A DNA stretch of 64,000 nt, from NCBI GenBank assembly GCA_963693365.1, contig CAVNZM010000003.1:1368420-1432419 (forward strand). The letters are read 5' to 3'. The position numbers and the translations under genes were made by a program. Positions 49,796 to 60,473 of this stretch are shown here, piece after piece; within the stretch, counting starts at the first letter, position 1; each line of letters begins with the position of its first letter. The DNA comes from Amoebidium appalachense (Eukaryota; Protista; Ichthyosporea). Under the pieces are notes generated by a model. The model worked only from the letters and a program-made list of their open reading frames with translations. It was not told where the DNA came from and made no database searches.

Positions 49796-50956
49796 CTAGG
49801 CATTGTGCTTGCAGTCTTTGCGGGGGTGTGTGCCAGAGTAGAGCGGGCACACGTGGGAGAAGGGGCAGGGCTGCTTAGCGCAGGACCGACCGTTGTGGAA
49901 ATTCCTGCAGTGTGTCGCGGGTAGATCCACGGGTCGGGCCGGTTTTGCCGGGCCGGGTTGCGGGCCGGGTCGGTTGGGGGTTTGTCCCCCGCCGGGCTTG
50001 TGGGGCGGCTCGAAACCATCAAGACCACAGCCGGGCTTGGGGTACATGGGGCAGGCCGCGCTGGGGTGGTCGGGGAAGCCGCAGCGCTGACATGCGTCCG
50101 GGATGAGCAGAGTGGGTGGCAGGAGGAGATCCTGGTGGAGTTGGGCGAGCAGGTTGGGACACTCGATCGGAGCCCGACCCTGTTGGTGGGCAACGGTTCG
50201 GGCGTATACGTCATAGTTGTGGATCTGGGCCCATGGGTATCGGGTGCTGAGGCGAGTGATGTGCTGAGTCCAAAGTACTTCTTTGTCCGTGGGGAGGCCG
50301 AGGTGGTGCTTGGCGGCCATGTAATGGGTCCAAGCTTGGATCCAAATGACGAGTGAACGCAGGGGAACGGGTTTGTCTTGGCGAAAAGTCTCGATGCTGC
50401 CGTCGTCGGCCATGCGCAGATGCTGACCTTTCTTGGATTGGGCCAGGAGGGCGGCGGGGGTGAACTTATACAGGTCGACGAAACGATTGGCGCGCAAATC
50501 TGCCAGCACATCCGCGGGGGGAAGCGGGAGTGTGCCCGGCTGAATGTCGCCAGTGTTCTCACCTGTAATGGGGGGCACGGGCAGGGCAGGTAGATCCAGG
50601 TCAGGGCCGAGATGCAGCCCCAGGGAAACCTCCCCGGGTGCGGAGGGCGCGGCGGGGGGCGCGGGAGGGTCGCGGTTGGTGAGAGCGGCCAGGACGCCAG
50701 CCATCTGGGTGCTGATGGCGGTGAGGGCGGCAAGGACGGCGTCTTGAGAAGTCATCGGCGGGGACGGTGGGGCCTGAGGAGGGACTTCAGGAGTAGAGGG
50801 GAGAGTAGCCGGAGGGTCCGTGGTGGTATGGGCCCCTGGAGGCGCGTCAGTGCCCGCGGGAGCGTTGGTCAGCCTGTGGCGGAGGTCGCTGCGGGTCAGG
50901 CGCTTAGGTGCCGCGGCAGGGGCGGCGGCTGAGGCCTGGCGCTTTTTCGGCGGCAT
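49796..50956 (-). CDS. gag: Gag-like ORF1 of Ngaro copy 2
   Basis: 386 aa, near-identical to 40721-41890; last knuckle has CPLY instead of CPLC. Confidence 0.85.
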   Translation of the reverse strand: MPPKKRQASAAAPAAAPKRLTRSDLRHRLTNAPAGTDAPPGAHTTTDPPATLPSTPEVPPQAPPSPPMTSQDAVLAALTAISTQMAGVLAALTNRDPPAPPAAPSAPGEVSLGLHLGPDLDLPALPVPPITGENTGDIQPGTLPLPPADVLADLRANRFVDLYKFTPAALLAQSKKGQHLRMADDGSIETFRQDKPVPLRSLVIWIQAWTHYMAAKHHLGLPTDKEVLWTQHITRLSTRYPWAQIHNYDVYARTVAHQQGRAPIECPNLLAQLHQDLLLPPTLLIPDACQRCGFPDHPSAACPMYPKPGCGLDGFEPPHKPGGGQTPNRPGPQPGPAKPARPVDLPATHCRNFHNGRSCAKQPCPFSHVCPLYSGTHPRKDCKHNA

Positions 50957-52269
50957 GCTGACCGGCGTAGGGAAAGATAGGGAGAAGAAAAAGAAAATAT
51001 AGCTGTAAAGCTGTAGGTGCTAAACACAGAAGATGTGTTTGTTGCTTGCTGATCTGCTAAAAACTGTCGTGCTTATATACCTAAGGCTACCGATCTGAGC
51101 CAATCAAAATCGATCTAGTGTTATGTGAAATCTGATCCTGAGCCAATCAAACTCGGTCTAGTGATCTGTGGAATCTGATGTTTTGATCGGCTAATAGGTG
51201 CCCGTATGCGGGCAGCCGAACGCGAACTGCTAAAACATGAAACGAAGCCAGGCCCTGTTGATATCGGACACCCATCCTACGTGTTTACCCAGAAAAATAT
51301 TTATGTCAATAATTTCCACAAATAAAACCCAACCACAAGGCCGTGGTGTTGCACATGGAGAACTTGTGTGCCGACATTCAAGCTCAACTTCACGAACTTT
51401 CACTGCGACCAACGTTTGAGGAGCATGCGGCGCTACAAGAGCAGCTCGCCTCCTCTGACAACCGGTACTCGGCGCTGCAAGCAGAGCTAAACGAGGCCCG
51501 GGCTCATACCGAACTCCAGGCCACGGTGTTGGAGACTACTGTTGGACATTGTGTTCATAGAAGCTAGTTCTAGTGCACGTTGTTCCTTCTGTAAGTCAGA
51601 AATGATTTCACCTTGTGAGGCCAACCGCTGCTCCAGTAGTTGGACTAGTTGCTGCAACTGTAAGTTGTCAGACATAGTGTCGTGTATGATGGGTAACTAG
51701 TCTATGTGTTTTGTGCACTGAAAACGACAGTAGAAAAGTGTAAATCAAACGTTCTGCTTCCCATGTTTGTGACATGGGAGGCACTGCTTTATATAGTCGT
51801 TGGCCACCTCATGGTGGCCTCGTGTGCACCCTGGTGATGGGCCATGTACAGCATGGCCGAAAAGAGAGCACAATGAAAACAAGTCGTTGAAGATATAAAA
51901 GTTAACTGTGCATGTTGGGTGGCTAGTTAACTTGCACTAAAGCACACAAATAAACGTGTCTAACACACCAATTGCAGTTAAACATAAATCTTACTTCACA
52001 CAACTAAAAATATTCTGAGAATATCCGGGAATAAAGCACACTACCACTCTAAGAATAGAATCCTGTGGCAAATATAGACATGACATCATCTGAACCGCGA
52101 ATATTAATTAATGAGCACAATTAGCACGTTGCTAGTGAAGCTCGTCATTGGTTCAGTTTTGGCTCAAACATATAACTACCATATATGAATATGACCTTAA
52201 ACAAAAGCTCTATGCACTCGAGTGAGTGTTGAAACAATTATTCAATTGCTCAGAAACTTTCTCTAACAG

Positions 52270-52547
52270 ACATTGCTAGCCGGGAGTACCAGTGTACTCC
52301 AACAACTACCCGCTCTCAGTTCCGGCAACTGTGTGCAGCCTTTAAGCAGGTCCTGGACGAAAGAGACGGCTTCAAAAACGATGCAGATACATATCGTGTG
52401 CGGTTTGAAATGGCTGAGCAGCGTGTGGACACTCGTAACCGTATGATAGAGGGTATGACCAGGCGTACACGTGGCCTGGAAGAGGCTGTATGCGATATGG
52501 ACCTCGAGCTCAAACATTTTAGGGAGATTAATTATCCTGGATATTAG
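52270..52547 (+). CDS. Possible terminal exon encoding a short coiled-coil segment
   Basis: ctctaacag acceptor then ~90 open codons (IASREYQ...FKQVLDERDG...TRGLEEAVCDMDLELKHF...); upstream exon not identified. Confidence 0.3.
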
Positions 52548-52679
52548 TGCTGATTTATTTGGCTTTCATTTTTATCATTGCGTGCTCGTTAGGGGCTTTA
52601 TATCAACTAGACAACGTTAAAGGGGCAGGTCCCTTAATACATTAATACGGCACGTGTTCATAAGTGCATGCTTGGCTCA

Positions 52680-53014
52680 TCCACACACACGCACACACAC
52701 ACCCACACACACCCACACACACCCCCACACCCCCCCACACACACACCCACACACCCACCCCCACCCACCCCCACACACACATACACACCCACACGGCACA
52801 CACACACACGCACACACCCACCCCCCCCCCCCCCCACACACATACACACTCACACCCACATACACCCACACACACACCCACACACACACACACATACACA
52901 CACCCAAACACACACTCACACCCACACACACCCACACCCACACACCCACACACCCACACACACACATACCCACACACCCACACACCCACACCCACACACA
53001 CCCACTGGCACACA

Positions 53015-53048
<34 letters not shown>

Positions 53049-53114
53049 TGCACGTCGCACTGCCCCCCCCCCCCCCCCCCCCAATACAGACACACACCCA
53101 CCCACCCACCCACA

Positions 53115-53153
<39 letters not shown>

Positions 53154-53309
53154 GCACACGCATGCACGCACTGCCCCCCCCCCCCACATACACACACATA
53201 CACACACACACACACACACACAAACACACGGCATGCACGCACTGCCCCCCCCCCCCCCCCCCATACACACACACAAACACACACATGCACGCACTGCCCC
53301 CCCCCCCCC

Positions 53310-53350
<41 letters not shown>

Positions 53351-53394
53351 ACACACCCACACCCACACACCCACACCCACACACACACACACAC

Positions 53395-53441
<47 letters not shown>

Positions 53442-53469
53442 CACGCACTGCCCCCCCCCCCCCCCAATA

Positions 53470-53540
<71 letters not shown>

Positions 53541-53687
53541 ACATGCACGCACTGCCCCCCCCCCCCCCCCCCACATACACACACATACACACACACACAC
53601 ACACACAAACACACACATGCACGCACTGCCCCCCCCCCCCATACACACACACAAACACACACATGCACGCACTGCCCCCCCCCCCCC

Positions 53688-53775
<88 letters not shown>

Positions 53776-53865
53776 AACACACACATACACACACACACAA
53801 AACACACACACACACACACACACATGCACGCACTGCCCCCCCCCCCCCCCATACACACACGCCGC

Positions 53866-53896
<31 letters not shown>

Positions 53897-53938
53897 CGTG
53901 ACAAACACACACATGCACGCACTGCCCCCCCTCCCCCC

Positions 53939-53992
<54 letters not shown>

Positions 53993-54180
53993 AACACAGT
54001 GCACATGCACGCACTGCCCCCCCCCCCCCCCTACACACTCACATACACACACACACCCACACACACACACATACACACACACACACACTGGCACACACAT
54101 ACATACACGCACTGCCTCCCCCCCCCCCCCCTACACACTCACATACACACACACCCACACACACACATACACACACACAC
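52680..54180. repeat. Compound satellite: (CA)n - catgcacgcactg - (C)n units
   Basis: Core catgcacgcactg + C-run recurs about 11 times separated by variable CA/CCCA tracts. Confidence 0.9.
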
Positions 54181-55190
54181 ACGAATCAACGTCCACGCCC
54201 ACAGCGTCCCCCATGAGGTCCGGGAGCTGTAGCCTCCTAACCACGTCCGCCACCTCCATGGCGCACTCGGCGTGCATGACTGACAGCACTGGATTGCGTG
54301 TTGCGCGGACGAGCAGAGACACAGTGGTGCAGTGTGAAAACACCACAGACACACAACAACAAAACACGGAACGATCGCAGCAGTGTACACAACAGACATC
54401 AATGTTTAGACACGACTGCACTCAATTTATTTTGATCTTCGAATAAATACCTGAAATTCCTTTAAGTCTAATCCATACATGATTTCCGACCAGTCGGAAA
54501 TCAGATCTGTCTCTAATAGAAACCAATCACTAAGAACCAATTGCTTTCAGAGAGATCTGGTACGCGGAGACGTACACGATAGGACACAGATACTAGTTAA
54601 GATCAACTCGTGTCATTATCAAGGCCGTTCTAACCTATGATACACTGCAAAGACTCAGACATATCACACTTGACCTTGATGATTGGTTAAAGCCCGGCAA
54701 CACATGAAAACTAAAGTAAATTAATGAAGTCTGATAACACATGTCAAACTAAGTGTAGCCTAAGTGTGTTACCGTCCAATCAACACATATTAAGTAACAC
54801 AGATCTACCTAACGTATATTAGTAGAAAAGAAATACAATTATACACATGAAGACAAGGAGAGAAAGAAAAGAAAATAAGGAAGGAGAAAAAGAAAGGAGA
54901 AGAGAGCACAGATCAACAAACAAGATAGTAATAGTATAACTATAACTAGAGATATTTATGTACACACGAACATGTACACGTCTCTCCCTGAGTGGGTGGA
55001 TCCGTGTACACACATATAAATAATCTAATTGATATTACAATACACGATTAAAGCCGATACAACACGATTACAAGTATACAAGCATATCGGAGATCGATGC
55101 TACACTTTACATAATAGGAGTGTGGCATTTACACTAAGCATATGAACTGAAACATAACACAAACTGAGAAGATCTTAGAATATGTAAATA

Positions 55191-55694
55191 CTACGTATTA
55201 CAACAGTGGAAGTAGAGGTAGCTCACGAGCCGGCCGCCCTCACGCCACATGTTCCTGGCGCTGAACCCGGCCGTGGCGTTGCGGCCGCCCGTGGGGCAGC
55301 TGTTGCCGCAGATCCCGGGCAGCTTGGCGCCCTTTACAAAGTCGAAGCGCGGATCGAAACACACGCTGTACGCAAACACGGCCTCCAGCGTGGGATCCAG
55401 CGCGACCTTCCATTGGAACGAGCACTGGTCGGTGCCCACGCACCCAGCCGGCAGCCGCATGCGCAGGTCGCCGCCCTGCACCAGCATGTTGGCCTCTTTG
55501 CCGGCGGTCATGGTGACGTTGGGGACGTCTGCGGTGAGTGACGCCACAGTGTAGGGCCCGTCGGGGGCCCTGTCAAAGGTGCGGAAGAACTGCAGCGCGG
55601 TGCCGGTGGGGCACTGGGAGCGCTTCGCGGCGGCGGGTGGCGCCGGTAGCGACATCAGCGCCGCCCAGCAAAGGACGGCGCGGGTCATGGTCAT
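55191..55694 (-). CDS. Polysaccharide lyase family 14-like (alginate/glucuronan lyase), secreted, apparently C-terminally truncated
   Basis: Signal-like MTRAVLCWAALMSLPAPPAAA; YSVCFDPRFDFVKGAKLPG and GFSARNMWREGG..SYLY match PL14 motifs (chlorovirus vAL-1 family). Composition switches abruptly to AT-rich at ~55200. Confidence 0.8.
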   Translation of the reverse strand: MTMTRAVLCWAALMSLPAPPAAAKRSQCPTGTALQFFRTFDRAPDGPYTVASLTADVPNVTMTAGKEANMLVQGGDLRMRLPAGCVGTDQCSFQWKVALDPTLEAVFAYSVCFDPRFDFVKGAKLPGICGNSCPTGGRNATAGFSARNMWREGGRLVSYLYFHCCNT

Positions 55695-55769
55695 GGGAGT
55701 TCGGGACATTTCTTTCCTGCCGCCCATCAATGATTAAAACGCACCGCACGCAGCTTGTGACAAACAGAC

Positions 55770-56746
55770 ATGAACACGCACATCTGGGGGCCCTCCGCCT
55801 GGAGGTTCGTCTTTGCTGTGGCCCGTGCGGCGCGGCAACTGCCGGCAGGCGACCCGGGGCGCCGTGAGTTTGAGAACTTTGCGGACGCCTGCGGTGCGCT
55901 CCTTCGTGCGGCTACTGCAGGCAGTCGTACGAGGCGCGTTTCCGCGAGGCCGTGCGCCCATACGCGGCGAGCCGGCCGCTCTACTGGGCCTGGCGACTCA
56001 GGGGCCTGGTGGGGGAGAAGCTGGGCGAGGCGCACCCGTTGCCGTACGAGCAGTTCTGCCGGCGCATGGACGCGGATGTTGGTACCTGCACGCTACATGA
56101 TGAGCTCTGCCAGCTGGTGGCGCCGCTGGCCATTTGGGCCCAGCGGCAGGCGGACGGCGGCAAGGCCGCCTGGGACGCCGCGCATGCTTTCCAATTGGCG
56201 GCGGGGATCCTGCGCGCAGCCTCGCCTGGTGCCCGGTGTGCCCTGGCCGACTGGGCCGAGTCCGTGGCGCGGGCGCTGGAGGAGGGCCGCCCGCCCCAGG
56301 ACTGTGCAGGGGTGTCCGAGGGGCTGTTCCAAAGGTACCTCCAGGCGTACGTGGACGAGGCCCGGCCACGGCGGCCGCGCGACCCGCCCACCCCGGCGCA
56401 GTCGCAATGGTCCGAGTGCCCCCGCTGTATCGCCTACGTGTGGGGCCCGCCCATGTGGCGCAAGCTGACTCGGGCAGCCGCCAGGGAACAGGCGCGTCCG
56501 GGGTCCAACCCTGGGGCCGCCAGCCGCATTTTAGGAACAGTACCGTGCCCTGCCTGCTACTCTCGCACCTGGGTGGCCATGAAGGAGGTGCCTGTGGAAG
56601 TGACCTGGGAGAGCGACCCGGTGCGGTACGTGTGGGAGCTGCGCCGGAGACTGGGACCACCACGGCCAACCCCGGGCAATCCGCTTTCATTGGACATGTT
56701 CCGCCTGCGGGCCTCTCTCATCGGCATCCATGGCGCCAACGAATAA
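55770..56746 (+). pseudogene. Tandem two-domain Erv1/Alr-family sulfhydryl oxidase (NCLDV E10R-like), 1-nt frameshift near 55905
   Basis: MNTHIWGPSAWRFVF...LL[fs]CGYCRQSY...WAWRLRGLVGEKLG, then second WGPPMWRKL...VPCPAC...YVWELRRRLG. WGP-W plus PCxxC is the Erv signature. Frameshift could be a sequencing error. Confidence 0.75.
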
Positions 56747-56803
56747 AAGGCGGCCCCGCCCCAAGACAGCGCTCACATCGACCGACGGATCAACTGACAC
56801 AGC

Positions 56804-57433
56804 ATGTACGCATCGTTGCCGCGCGTGGCCATTCCCTTCCGCCTCGATGACAGTTCGAGCCGCGTGCCTGGACAGGGCGACTCGCGCGACAACGTCGGAC
56901 TCTGGTGGGACGACGCGTGCACGGTGTGCCACGACGCCATAGGGCCGGACGGTCCGGTTCTTGCCACCACCTGCTGCGCCGCGCGCCACTATCACGCCGC
57001 GTGCCTGTGCCAGTGGTTGCATCAGGCCGACACTTGCCCGTCGTGCCGGCGGCGCCTGAACTGGCGCCAGCTGGAGAGGCTGCGCCAGGCGGGCGAGCCG
57101 CCTGTTTCACTTGTCGACAATCTGCATGAGTGGTGCGGGAACTGGGCACGGGTGCCGTTGGCCGAGGCGGCGCAGGATGGTGTCGCGGAGCTGAGGGCGG
57201 CGATGGCCTCTGGTCTGACTAGCCGTGAAGAAGGCATGGGGGCGGCACTGCGGGCGGCTGTCCAGGACGGGGACGCCCCCTCTGTGGCCCTCCTCCTCGA
57301 GGCCGGGGCCAATTTGGCGGTCACGGTCGAGGCGCTGGTGCTCGCGGCCTGCTCGGCCAGGGAACCAGCCAAGAAGGTGGAGCAGCTCCTCGACACGGTA
57401 CCCGACTACAATTGGGGGCGCGGCACCCCGTGA
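56804..57433 (+). CDS. RING-H2 finger plus ankyrin-like repeat protein (putative viral E3 ligase)
   Basis: CTVC...CCAARHYHAACLCQWLHQADTCPSCR; ALRAAVQDGDAPSVALLLEAGAN ankyrin-like; intronless, 57 bp after the Erv ORF. Confidence 0.8.
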   Translation: MYASLPRVAIPFRLDDSSSRVPGQGDSRDNVGLWWDDACTVCHDAIGPDGPVLATTCCAARHYHAACLCQWLHQADTCPSCRRRLNWRQLERLRQAGEPPVSLVDNLHEWCGNWARVPLAEAAQDGVAELRAAMASGLTSREEGMGAALRAAVQDGDAPSVALLLEAGANLAVTVEALVLAACSAREPAKKVEQLLDTVPDYNWGRGTP

Positions 57434-57472
57434 ATGGTGACGTCACAGGTGTGACGTCACATTCACGCGGTC

Positions 57473-58218
57473 CCGCAGCCCCCAAATATGGCATAAGTTG
57501 AGATGTGTGATATCTGTGTATATCGCGATATGGGATATGGGATATGGGTGGATATATGTACAGGAGCACGTGCACACACTGTGTGTGTGTGTGTAAAACA
57601 CGTGCAGCGCACGTGATTGTAATTAAATAATTAAAGAGAGAGAGGGCGGAACACGTGTACGCGTACGTGTACGCGTACATGTGGTGCGCACACGTACAGG
57701 TGCTGCGGATCGAAGGAATGCGAAATGATTCTGAATTCAGGCGAAAACTGACCAATGGAAATAGCCGCCCAATCGGAATTAGGAGGCGAAAAAGCAAATT
57801 TGCCGGAAAACTGACCAATCAGAACCGCAGCCCCCAAAGATATGGCATAAGTGGATGTGAGATGTGTGATATCTGTGTACACACATCGCGATATGGGATA
57901 TGAGATATGGGTGGATATATGTACAGGAGCACGTGCACACACTGTGTGTGTAAAACACGTGCAGCGCACGTGAATTTAACTAAATAATTAAAGAGAGAGA
58001 GGGCGCGCCGCGTGGACGCGTACGTGTACGCGTACATGTGGTGCGCACACGTACAGGTGCTGCGGATCGAAGGAATGCGAGAATTCTGAATTCCGACGAA
58101 AACTGACCAATGGGAATTCGAATCCTGAATTCAATGGGAAACTGACCAATGGAAATAGCCACCCAATGGGAATTAGGAGGCGAAAAAGCAAATTTGCCGG
58201 AAATCATGACCAATCAGA
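57473..58218. repeat. Two ~350-390-bp direct repeats rich in CCAAT boxes and palindromic motifs
   Basis: Units start ccgcagcccccaaa at 57473 and 57825; multiple ctgaccaat and cacgtg motifs. Confidence 0.9.
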
Positions 58219-58606
58219 GCGCGTAAGCCGAAATCTGTACATTCCATCCCGAAACTGACCAATAGGACCGCGAATGGCTCATTGTTTTTGGTAAACAGAG
58301 GCGGCCGGCCGGCGGCGACCAGACACACGCACAGACTTATTGTTTTTGCGTACTGCTTCGTGAGATTTGGTCCCAGGAGAGATTTTTGCTTTTGAGATTT
58401 CACTGGGCTTTGAGATTTAACTGAATAGACACAGGCACAGAGACGTTATTTTGCATACTGTTCTTTATTGAGGCGTTGCTCTGGCACAGCCAGGCTAGCA
58501 ACCATTGATTAGATTGATACTTGAGATTTATAAGATTACAGTCTGAGATCTAAGGTTACCATTCAAGCTGTTCAGTGAGAGCCAGGAAGAGTTTGAAGAT
58601 GATCTG

Positions 58607-60473
58607 TTGCGGGCACTGGATGCCGACCCGCAGCAGGTCCTGCAGGCCCACCCCTTCCTGCAGGCCATGTTGGCCCCACCACCCCCACCCCCACCCCTCC
58701 TAGGCCTCCCCCCCGCCCCCGCCCCCATCAACCACCCCGATGACCCCCAGATCATTGCCATGCCGGCCGAGGGCAACTGGCGGCTGCGTTCCCGTGTAGA
58801 TGACATGCAGGCACGGGGATTGGGTGTACGCGGCCACACCCTCGAGTACCAACCCCTGCGCACCCTTGACGTGACTGAGTTCCCCCAGTTTTTTGCAGCC
58901 ATGCTGTTCGATGCCATGGCCCGTGCAGATGTGCAGGCGGGGGACATGCTGATTGTGCGTATCATCAGCCTGCATGTGCAGGCCAACGGTGTGGACAACC
59001 AGGTGGGGGATGATGGCAACCCCAACGCCGACGTGACCAACCGCCGTGTGTTTACTGCAGGCCCCATGGAGGTGTTCAATGGTGATGTCAACGCCGTGGT
59101 GCTCAAGCTGATGGAGAACATACGGCAACGTACCCAGAGTGCAGCCGAGACCTTCATGGACGGCAGATCCACCGTGCATCTGACGGTGGCCCGACCCAAG
59201 GACATGGTGAGGAGGGGGGCCTGTGGGTCCCTGTCCACCACCACGGGGGTGAATGCACGGTGGCTGCACGATCTGGTGGAGGCCAAGGCCGTGGTGGATG
59301 TGACCGCCCTTGTGCAGGATGCATGCAGCACCGACGACCCACAGGTGACCGGGGAGACCTTCCTGGACCACCAGCAGCTGCACCGCTTTGCCTACGGCCC
59401 CAACTGTGCCCAGCTGTGCCTGGTGTACTGCATGGTGATGTGGGTGAAGAAGGCAGCCAATGGCAACGAGCAGGCCAACCTACCCACCGAGCACACACGC
59501 AAGGTGCTGGGCAAGGGGGGCAACCTCATGGATCGCAAGGACCACCACGTGCTGTGCCACCTGCTGACCCCAAAGGAGGTAGTGGGGGTCGGCAACACGA
59601 CCCTGGGGAGGTCGAGATCTTCCGGCTGTGGGGTGTGCAACCTGCTACTCCCTCCCACAGATCCAAGGAGCCACCACCAAGACCGTTACCTGCGGAGATT
59701 GGTGAGGGCAACCCGAGTGCTGTGGACCAAGTACGACCTGCCTGTGCCTGCAGAGGATGGCCTGACGGTGGATGAGCTGGGGGCTGTCGTGGATGCCCTC
59801 AACACAGCCATTGCCGAGCAGCCTGAGTCAGTCACCCGCCTGCGGCTGGTGGTGGTGGACATGGACAGCGGGGGCCAAAGTGCTACGCCGGTACGGGGAC
59901 CTGAGCACGGCCCTGCCCCCCTCCAAGCTGTGCACCATGTACTTGGCCCACTCCCAGAAGCTGGGCCACTTCACGGCCATCACCTCCAGTGTCAGCACGG
60001 CCATCGAGCACCTACGGCACAGCAACTACACGGGGGAGGCACGACGGAATCTCAGCACCTGCTACCACTGCAACCAGACCGTGCAGAGCAAGAACATGGG
60101 GAAACACCGCTGTGTGAACCAGTGCGACAACTGTGGGTCAAAGGGGGACCGCAACGACCAGGCCAACGCCTGTGTGTGGACCCCCGAGCGCCGTCTGCAG
60201 CTTGCACGGGCAGGGGAGGAGGCATGGCCTTACCGTTGTGACGACTGCTGTGGCCTCTTCCCGTCGGCCAAATGCATGGCCAACCACAGCACCAAGCTCA
60301 AGGGCTCAGGGGCAGGGGTTGGCAGAGACCGTCATTCCTTCTGCGACAACGTGTTCTGGTGCCGGCTGGACACGTGCACCCACGGCCTGCAGGGGTACAG
60401 GGTGATGGCTACCGGCGATGGTGTCCGCCGGGTGTGTGTCCCTAAGTATGGTGGCCGACACCACAGACCCTGA
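58607..60473 (+). pseudogene. N-terminal region of a Polinton/adintovirus-type protein-primed DNA polymerase B (frameshift ~59870, truncated before exonuclease/polymerase domains)
   Basis: Joining frames 58607-59870 and 59873-60473 gives ...QSAAETFMD...RRGACG...CAQLCLV...GLTVDEL...GHFTAI...CYHC...HRC...CDNC...CDDCCGLFPSAKCMANH...C, the order of motifs I recall for the Cys/His-rich region preceding the exonuclease in Maverick/adintovirus PolB. No catalytic motifs are present, so the call is by pattern only. Confidence 0.55.

Larger units (their letters stand above)
47322..51329 (-). mobile_element. Ngaro/DIRS-group retrotransposon, copy 2 (gag + tyrosine recombinase, RT/RNase H deleted) with split direct repeats
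   Basis: On the coding strand: A1(51329-~50987), gag, deleted pol, YR, B1(~47973-47886), A2(47885-~47543), B2(~47409-47322) = the A1-ORFs-B1-A2-B2 layout of Ngaro/PAT elements. Pol deletion junction at 49206/49207. No TSD. Confidence 0.92.
46570..51567 (+). pseudogene. Intronless coiled-coil protein with 21-aa repeats, split by Ngaro copy 2
   Basis: 46570-47321 joins 51330-51567 in frame (atg gc|c aac cac aag: ...LAMVMA-NHKAVVLHMENL...). 63-bp repeats encode LATARAGRDAAGVQLEATKKD. Confidence 0.75.
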
